DNA from: Takakia lepidozioides
Taxonomy: Eukaryota > Plantae > Bryophyta
Assembly: GCA_030704615.1 (NCBI GenBank)
Contig: CM060733.1
Coordinates: 37,014,001-37,078,000, forward strand
DNA length: 64,000 bases
Reading direction: 5' to 3'
Part shown: positions 62,501 to 64,000 of the stretch, piece by piece
Layout: every line of letters begins with the position of its first letter
Numbering within the stretch: the first letter of the stretch is position 1
Notes under the pieces: generated by a model
What the model was told of the DNA's origin: nothing
What the model saw: the letters and a program-made list of their open reading frames with translations, nothing else
Databases searched by the model: none
Position numbers and translations under genes: made by a program

Positions 62501-62956
62501 ATAGAAATTTGTAGACTGTGGACCCTACACCTTCAGTATTTTCTGACATTTAGACAAGAATATTCCAGAATCTCTTCAAGCAACAGGTTGTAGAAAAATG
62601 TTCGTTCCTATGTGTTAACTAACAGGGAAAAATCTCAGTATTATGGCAATTTGAACCTCAGGTCTTTCACAGATGATATCTTCTCCTTTTCCTCTTAGGA
62701 TTCTTCTTCCTGTTTCGATAAGACATTTCTTCTTTGTTCAAAAGGAGTTTGTCATCACCTACATGGATAAATGTACAAATAATAGTCAGTTTAGTTTCTA
62801 TTTCCAGGGAACTTTGCAGGCATGTGTTTAGAGACAAAAATCTCTTCCAGTGACACTTTGCAGAATCATAAAAAGCGGCTATCTGTGCATGATCCAGGGT
62901 GCTCCTTGGAGCAAAAAATTTCAAGTGTCGATTTGGCGCCCAGTTGCGCCCACAGG
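5540..62956 (+). CDS. VPS13: Vacuolar protein sorting 13 (plant VPS13M-type bridge-like lipid transfer protein); 65 coding exons in window, 3' end beyond window
   Basis: Spliced translation begins MFEAHVLHLLRLYLGEYVRGLSLEALKISVWKGDVVLKDLQLKAEALNALKLP (Chorein_N). It contains PH, Vps62-like (WRPVAPAGY), C2, DysF, SHR-BD (PYRVENRS) and ATG2_C-like (GLFRGVTGIVTKPFEGA) motifs. All introns are GT-AG with matching phases. Confidence 0.96.
6142..6223 (+). CDS. VPS13: VPS13 exon 2 (Chorein_N)
   Basis: VLHLLRLYLGEYVRGLSLEALKISVWKG, AG/GT bounded. Confidence 0.92.
6388..6491 (+). CDS. VPS13: VPS13 exon 3
   Basis: DVVLKDLQLKAEALNALKLPITVKAGFLGSVTLK. Confidence 0.92.
6696..6791 (+). CDS. VPS13: VPS13 exon 4
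   Basis: VPWNRLGKEPVIVLLDRIFVLAEP. Confidence 0.92.
7226..7273 (+). CDS. VPS13: VPS13 exon 5
   Basis: REDVDKWFEAKRRRCE, phase 0/0. Confidence 0.8.
7620..7750 (-). mobile_element. Family B (tail-less RTEX-like LINE) 3' fragment
   Basis: Reverse complement CCAAACTGGGCTCGGGGTCTATGGCCACGAGGCTACGGCAAAC matches the 14170, 41610 and 54420 copies. Confidence 0.65.
8744..8784 (+). mobile_element. Family A LINE, 41-bp 3'-end-only insertion
   Basis: GAGCTTTCCGCAGACGTTATAAAGCACC + ATTTC tail; 10-bp TSD TCCCCCCTAC (8734-8743 / 8785-8794). Confidence 0.8.
10002..10058 (+). CDS. VPS13: VPS13 exon 6
   Basis: EAELAMLETKDRRIADTED. Confidence 0.82.
10797..10900 (+). CDS. VPS13: VPS13 exon 7
   Basis: SWFGSLVATIVGNLKISITNLHIRYED. 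Confidence 0.92.
11392..11835. repeat. Long imperfect inverted repeat (foldback/MITE-like)
   Basis: Arm ~11392-11558 is the reverse complement of ~11664-11835 (e.g. TTTGTCCAAGGCTGGGTAGAT / ATCTACCCAGCCTTGGACAAA). Confidence 0.8.
12924..13041 (+). CDS. VPS13: VPS13 exon 8
   Basis: NPGHPFCSGISLAKLAAVTVDE. Confidence 0.92.
13273..13374 (+). CDS. VPS13: VPS13 exon 9
   Basis: SVRLERLAVYHDSNSKPW. Confidence 0.9.
13695..13895 (+). CDS. VPS13: VPS13 exon 10
   Basis: RQYLLHPVGGLMQYHRHGK. Confidence 0.9.
14170..14226 (+). mobile_element. Family B 3' end
   Basis: GGCCACAAGGCTACGGCAAACAACGTCATATGAGTACA. Confidence 0.65.
14515..14637 (+). mobile_element. Two tandem family A LINE 3' ends
   Basis: Two ATAAAGT(A/C)CC + (ATTTC)n tails. 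Confidence 0.75.
14869..15029 (+). CDS. VPS13: VPS13 exon 11
   Basis: AQYCDGMKLLE...RPQVPVSEDPRSWWLY. Confidence 0.9.
15294..15452 (+). CDS. VPS13: VPS13 exon 12
   Basis: YKLRWKK...EKELDVEVILLWR. Confidence 0.9.
15674..15769 (+). CDS. VPS13: VPS13 exon 13
   Basis: LLAHAKVEGAKSKEAA...SWWSFGW. Confidence 0.88.
16653..17001 (+). CDS. VPS13: VPS13 exon 14
   Basis: LTKDEWSKINNLLSYQP...FYGLSAPEG. Confidence 0.9.
17310..17423 (+). CDS. VPS13: VPS13 exon 15
   Basis: SVSREG...LDWKLSATMSPCHVT. Confidence 0.88.
18025..18120 (+). CDS. VPS13: VPS13 exon 16
   Basis: VWRLSFERFLQFLKSSQALSPGVALESVAVLQ. Confidence 0.88.
18763..18830 (+). CDS. VPS13: VPS13 exon 17
   Basis: SKLEEVTRRAQEQLQIVLE. Confidence 0.88.
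18975..19098 (+). CDS. VPS13: VPS13 exon 18
   Basis: FTVDLDLDAPKITIP...LLLDLGHFTLHT. Confidence 0.9.
19301..19549 (+). CDS. VPS13: VPS13 exon 19
   Basis: LYSRFHISGNEISAF...VIDRCGMSLVFDQ; acceptor position less certain. Confidence 0.82.
19692..20100 (-). mobile_element. Family A LINE 3' fragments (tails at ~19692 and ~19977)
   Basis: (GAAAT)n-GGTACTTTATAA; the ~19977 copy continues CGTCTGCGGAAAGCTC. Confidence 0.75.
20130..20660 (-). mobile_element. Family B LINE ORF C-terminal fragment
   Basis: Homologous to 54472-54900(+) and 41700-41945(-); decayed knuckle motif CGQTEDTIHFLMHYP. Confidence 0.7.
23307..23531 (+). CDS. VPS13: VPS13 exon 20
   Basis: IRVEHPSYPSTRLAIKVPRLGIHFSPA. Confidence 0.9.
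24030..24139 (+). CDS. VPS13: VPS13 exon 21 (internal PH domain)
   Basis: GIGSAVAEWQPCWAVLAGTFLYILESE. Confidence 0.9.
24461..24557 (+). CDS. VPS13: VPS13 exon 22
   Basis: LTGKQVVELPSASIGG. Confidence 0.88.
25045..25143 (+). CDS. VPS13: VPS13 exon 23
   Basis: VIESSTAVVMRFRNVEQKGAW...IYKAS (PH helix). Confidence 0.88.
25627..25770 (+). CDS. VPS13: VPS13 exon 24
   Basis: PNLFVMGLLQELQLSV. Confidence 0.82.
26044..26115 (+). CDS. VPS13: VPS13 exon 25
   Basis: EERLIFQLQANGGK, strong GTAAG donor; weak acceptor. Confidence 0.75.
26637..27128 (+). CDS. VPS13: VPS13 exon 26 (acidic tract, FFAT-like EEEVFDDA)
   Basis: KLHSLNIVDKIQG...YLARS...SPDYNGTDVQ. Confidence 0.92.
27596..27913 (+). CDS. VPS13: VPS13 exon 27
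   Basis: LDFFCNRPTVVALM...VKGLLGRGKSRV. Confidence 0.92.
28114..28245 (+). CDS. VPS13: VPS13 exon 28
   Basis: VYPSSLAISGTLGNLRVCDMSLG. Confidence 0.92.
28526..28639 (+). CDS. VPS13: VPS13 exon 29
   Basis: LSGRLSAVRLVFLYRFIQE. Confidence 0.92.
28862..29046 (+). CDS. VPS13: VPS13 exon 30
   Basis: AVKLDFSLDTPIIIIPR. Confidence 0.92.
29936..30044 (+). CDS. VPS13: VPS13 exon 31
   Basis: FMQLDLGQLEVHNSFEWHG. Confidence 0.92.
30289..30547 (+). mobile_element. Family A LINE internal fragment
   Basis: RILSPNYLSASLSPSLLRALGRFRVGSDYLRIETGRWENLQREDCLCPAC. Confidence 0.85.
30623..30766 (+). CDS. VPS13: VPS13 exon 32
   Basis: GINMVVGIEGQPGKGMIQE...RPLRDLFKKVP. Confidence 0.92.
31216..31246 (-). mobile_element. 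Family B 31-bp micro-insertion
   Basis: Flanked by perfect 17-bp direct repeat TTATAGTCTTGTTTAGA (31199-31215 / 31247-31263). Confidence 0.8.
31672..32124. mobile_element. hAT-type MITE
   Basis: TIR CAGTGTTG / CAACACTG; degenerate 8-bp TSD GTTGTTAC / ATTGTTAG. Confidence 0.65.
32209..33963 (+). mobile_element. 5'-truncated, frameshifted non-LTR retrotransposon (RTE/RTEX-like), family A
   Basis: RT motifs QAGFR, FVDFHKAFDSV, GVKQGCPLSPTLF, YADD; C-terminal RFRVGSHNLRIETGRW..CPAC..H..YCP; (ATTTC)n tail; candidate TSD TCCATTG (32202-32208 / 33964-33970); frameshifts at ~32880 and ~33685. Confidence 0.92.
34117..34440 (+). CDS. VPS13: VPS13 exon 33
   Basis: LSDKEYLVIIDCAATNVGEPPNLPPPFR. Confidence 0.92.
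35029..35673 (+). CDS. VPS13: VPS13 exon 34
   Basis: LRLQRPRLLVVVDFLFAVGKFFVP...KKLRFKNV. Confidence 0.93.
36200..36620 (-). mobile_element. Highly decayed L1-like RT remnant
   Basis: Broken QT.FIKGR.ILD-like motif on the minus strand. Confidence 0.3.
37625..37861 (+). CDS. VPS13: VPS13 exon 35
   Basis: NGFRLNECIHLSTDSSYSASPEDGV. Confidence 0.9.
38358..38458 (+). CDS. VPS13: VPS13 exon 36
   Basis: AIAPELTFYDS...ERVLRAKLD. Confidence 0.9.
39346..39641 (+). CDS. VPS13: VPS13 exon 37
   Basis: KGLTVEGGSGLVVVDPLDIS...CTHFDRIW. Confidence 0.92.
39845..39929 (+). CDS. VPS13: VPS13 exon 38 (Vps62/DUF946)
   Basis: VTFWRPRAPPGYVIMGDC. Confidence 0.92.
40160..40480 (+). CDS. VPS13: VPS13 exon 39 (Vps62/DUF946)
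   Basis: PPSQAVLAIS...CVWMPIAPPGYLALGCV. Confidence 0.9.
40620..40979 (+). CDS. VPS13: VPS13 exon 40 (Vps62/DUF946)
   Basis: FDRIWWDKG...SIWRPVAPAGYATVGDC. Confidence 0.92.
41155..41509 (+). CDS. VPS13: VPS13 exon 41
   Basis: WFPVAPAGYVALGCV...CSLWKVENQ. Confidence 0.92.
41607..41945 (-). mobile_element. Family B LINE 3' portion with terminus
   Basis: EIWKARTNCF motif contiguous with the GGCCACAAGGCTAC...GAGTACA end. Confidence 0.72.
42210..42368 (+). CDS. VPS13: VPS13 exon 42
   Basis: ACTFIARPDLKRPP. Confidence 0.9.
42745..42908 (+). CDS. VPS13: VPS13 exon 43
   Basis: AASTFNTHLESWEPFIEPFEG (conserved WEP motif). Confidence 0.93.
43268..43451 (+). CDS. VPS13: VPS13 exon 44
   Basis: GKRIRITAANVVNMNVTSA. 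Confidence 0.9.
43603..43872 (+). CDS. VPS13: VPS13 exon 45
   Basis: LMVENKLACDLYLR...HFVAIQVSEAR. Confidence 0.9.
44244..44450 (+). CDS. VPS13: VPS13 exon 46 (C2 domain)
   Basis: PQSARSRCVQP...AKWNEVFIFEIP. Confidence 0.92.
44703..44757 (+). CDS. VPS13: VPS13 exon 47
   Basis: LEVLVTNQAAKGG. Confidence 0.85.
44891..45861. mobile_element. Probable hAT-type non-autonomous element
   Basis: Left end CAGTGCTGGGTGGGTAT resembles the TIR of the 31672-32124 element; TACCC/GGGTA subterminal motifs; right end and TSD poorly defined. Confidence 0.4.
46173..46205 (+). mobile_element. Family A LINE 33-bp 3'-end-only insertion
   Basis: CCGCGGACGTTATAAAGCACC + tail; TSD TTCCTG. Confidence 0.75.
46476..46639 (+). 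CDS. VPS13: VPS13 exon 48
   Basis: QAVGGVSIPI; phase matches exon 47. Confidence 0.8.
47021..47554 (+). CDS. VPS13: VPS13 exon 49 (start of DysF/peroxin domain)
   Basis: EEVFENQRYQPLGGWG...DPSRWSNRDYS. Confidence 0.9.
48157..48984 (+). CDS. VPS13: VPS13 exon 50 (DysF and VAB repeats)
   Basis: PRGWVWTSSWSID...DGWFYG...RRRRLVRTR...APLKVENQLP. Confidence 0.93.
49692..49768 (+). CDS. VPS13: VPS13 exon 51
   Basis: EAVLISDPSMEELPSGFWM. Confidence 0.85.
50481..50937 (+). CDS. VPS13: VPS13 exon 52
   Basis: RLRVSLEHDFG...LRLFVPYWLCNDASLPL. Confidence 0.92.
51577..51666 (+). CDS. VPS13: VPS13 exon 53
   Basis: MERMDLKAVDALGEYYRLS...RTK. Confidence 0.88.
52164..52322 (+). CDS. VPS13: VPS13 exon 54 (SHR-BD/VAB)
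   Basis: VVHMEPHTLFINRLG. Confidence 0.9.
52655..53348 (-). mobile_element. Family A LINE, 5'-truncated
   Basis: RVGSHSLRIETGRW...CPAC...HLFFYCPLY; (GAAAT)n tail. Confidence 0.9.
53394..53578 (+). CDS. VPS13: VPS13 exon 55
   Basis: EGYKWSNPFSV...SPYR. Confidence 0.9.
53840..54367 (+). CDS. VPS13: VPS13 exon 56
   Basis: VENRS...FAWEDLG...GLSIIDHTPEELLY. Confidence 0.93.
54419..54952 (+). mobile_element. Two family B insertions in tandem (39 bp and ~480 bp)
   Basis: Target TCTCTTTAATGAGG present three times with single mismatches; ORF remnant KLKLRAGSLSL...CNCPMCRQPEDNGH. Confidence 0.7.
55416..55590 (+). CDS. VPS13: VPS13 exon 57
   Basis: LQVDCQLPLTPMPVLF. Confidence 0.92.
55772..55920 (+). 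CDS. VPS13: VPS13 exon 58
   Basis: FLVNIHEPIIWRLHEM...VDPIIRIG. Confidence 0.92.
56188..56367 (-). mobile_element. Family A LINE 3' end
   Basis: Tail plus 3' UTR; TSD GAAGGAA (56181-56187 / 56368-56374). Confidence 0.88.
56413..56539 (+). CDS. VPS13: VPS13 exon 59
   Basis: QRPRGILGFWSTLITSLGNT. Confidence 0.92.
56687..56712 (+). mobile_element. Family A LINE 26-bp 3'-end-only insertion
   Basis: GTTATAAAGTACCATTTCATTTCATT between TCCTTTCTTCTC and TCCTTCCTTCTC. Confidence 0.7.
56885..57320 (+). mobile_element. tRNA-derived SINE-like repeat
   Basis: A-box-like TAGCCCCGTGGTAAGG and B-box GGGTTCAATCC; body repeated at 58480-58790. Confidence 0.5.
57346..57567 (+). CDS. VPS13: VPS13 exon 60 (VPS13_C)
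   Basis: GVDILGNTSSALGNMSKGVAALSMDKKF. Confidence 0.93.
57758..58108 (+). CDS. VPS13: VPS13 exon 61 (ATG2_C-like)
   Basis: GLFRGVTGIVTKPFEGA...RRRLPRAI; acceptor uncertain (57758 or in-frame 57734). Confidence 0.88.
58480..58790 (+). repeat. Second copy of the 56960-57320 repeat body
   Basis: TCCACCTTCCCA.CGGAGGCAGTAGCCC...AAGTGAC shared. Confidence 0.6.
59275..59433 (+). CDS. VPS13: VPS13 exon 62 (C-terminal PH/GRAM)
   Basis: VRGKFAMSDAYEDHF...ITHRRVILLQ. Confidence 0.92.
59934..60248 (+). CDS. VPS13: VPS13 exon 63
   Basis: CTVTWNVTWDELMTLELA...PSRLLIHL. Confidence 0.92.
60325..61010 (-). mobile_element. Family A LINE, 5'-truncated
   Basis: RIETGRWENLQREDRLCAAC...EHFFFYCPLY; tail. Confidence 0.9.
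61050..61420 (-). mobile_element. Possible decayed Penelope-like RT fragment
   Basis: Broken motifs IPTFRG... and WEDKFY...TGTAP resembling P.F.GLPK and F....Y.Q..GTAMG. Confidence 0.3.
62187..62480 (+). CDS. VPS13: VPS13 exon 64
   Basis: Gly/Ala hydrophobic segment then RFIADFHLMWWDK. Confidence 0.82.
62898..62956 (+). CDS. VPS13: VPS13 exon 65 (C-terminal Vps62-type repeat, continues beyond window)
   Basis: VSIWRPVAPTG then GTACGT donor; no stop reached. Confidence 0.82.
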
Positions 62957-63313
62957 GTACGTAGTTTTCCCTTGCATGTGCCTGACAGAGGATAATAACA
63001 TTGTGCCACTTGGTTTGGATAGCGGAGATGGCAATGGGAGTGAGCGTAATGAGGCCCACTACCATTGCAGAAATCTCACCCCAATGGATTTCATTCCCCA
63101 AGGAAGCCCACAGATTCCCTTCTTTTATCATAAAATAATTGCAAATAAGTGGGAGAGAACAAAAAAGACGAACTTACATCCACAGTAGGCCAGAAGGAAC
63201 CAAAGGTGGGGCAGAGCGAGGCAGGGGGGAGTAGAGCAATGAACCACAGAAACCAAAGAACTCTTCAGTGGTTGCACGGAGGCAGAATGGCTCATGCAGG
63301 TAAGCAGCTAGTC

Positions 63314-64000
63314 AAATGAAATGAAATGAAATGGTGCTTTATAACGTCCGCGGAAAGGTCATAGAGCTTATGGGACAAAATGGAAGAAAACATGAGAGAG
63401 GAACAAATCCAGAAACCACAATTAATGTTCTAGCGAATGTCTAAGGGTGAAGGCCTCGTGCAGGTAGGCTGCCAAGCATTTTTTATCCTCATAGTGGAAG
63501 ACATCAGTGAGAGTTTGGGTTCCACTGAATAAACAGTGGAATCTCCCACGGATGTCGTAGTATAGAGGGCAGTAGAAGAAGAAGTGTTCTTCAGTTTCAA
63601 TTTCCTTGCTGCGCCCTATGCAAGCTGGACATAGGCGGTCCTCCCGTTGCAGGTTTTCCCATCTGCCAGTCTCTATCCGTAGGTTGTGGGAACCCACCCT
63701 GAACCGCCCCAATGCCCTCAGGAGGGAAGGAGATAAGGATGCTGAAAGGTAATTTGGTCTCAAGATTCTATCATCGCGGAGCACCAAGAATGTCTCTCGA
63801 TAGAAGTGGAGCTTTGTCGTGAGATTGGGTAGCTTCCAAGTTCTCTTGACATGTAATTCCATAAGCTCTCTCCTAATGAGTCTGTTGCGGTCATGTCTGG
63901 ATGTGATGTCCACCTCATCTGGATTCATTGGTAATAGGAAAGCAGTAGAAAGTCTGTTACGTTGAAATAAACTGTCCACTCGAGCATACCAGGAGTTCCT
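63314..64000 (-). mobile_element. Family A LINE, young copy running off the window end
   Basis: Intact ORF C-terminus (CPAC...EEHFFFYCPLY), nearly identical to 33285-33963; (GAAAT)n tail. Confidence 0.92.

Noticed and set aside
8744-63333. Recurrent short repeats as a CRISPR-like array
   Set aside because: Dispersed, in both orientations, with TSDs; they are LINE 3' ends in a eukaryotic gene.
149-63979. Numerous short six-frame ORFs as independent genes
   Set aside because: Most are explained as VPS13 exons with intronic read-through, antisense shadows or TE fragments; no second host gene is supported.

Overview
Eukaryotic land-plant nuclear DNA, probably a seed-free plant such as a bryophyte (inferred from intron style and the VPS13 subtype). 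One very large + strand gene dominates the window: a plant VPS13 of the multi-domain M type. I traced 65 GT-AG coding exons from the ATG at 5540 to 62956, about 13.2 kb of CDS (~4,400 codons) with consistent phases; the gene continues past the window end. Domain order: Chorein_N, RBG repeats, PH, Vps62/DUF946 repeats, C2, DysF/peroxin, VAB/SHR-BD, ATG2_C-like, C-terminal PH/GRAM, a further Vps62-type repeat. The upstream 5 kb holds decayed CACTA, hAT-MITE and L1 sequence. The introns carry two RTE/RTEX-like non-LTR retrotransposon families. Family A has an (ATTTC)n tail; family B is tail-less and ends in GAGTACA. Both leave ultra-short (26-41 bp) insertions with target-site duplications. The introns also contain a foldback, hAT MITEs, a tRNA-derived SINE-like repeat and probable decayed Penelope-like RT fragments. 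I see no prokaryote-type system. Homology statements rest on remembered family motifs, not on database searches.
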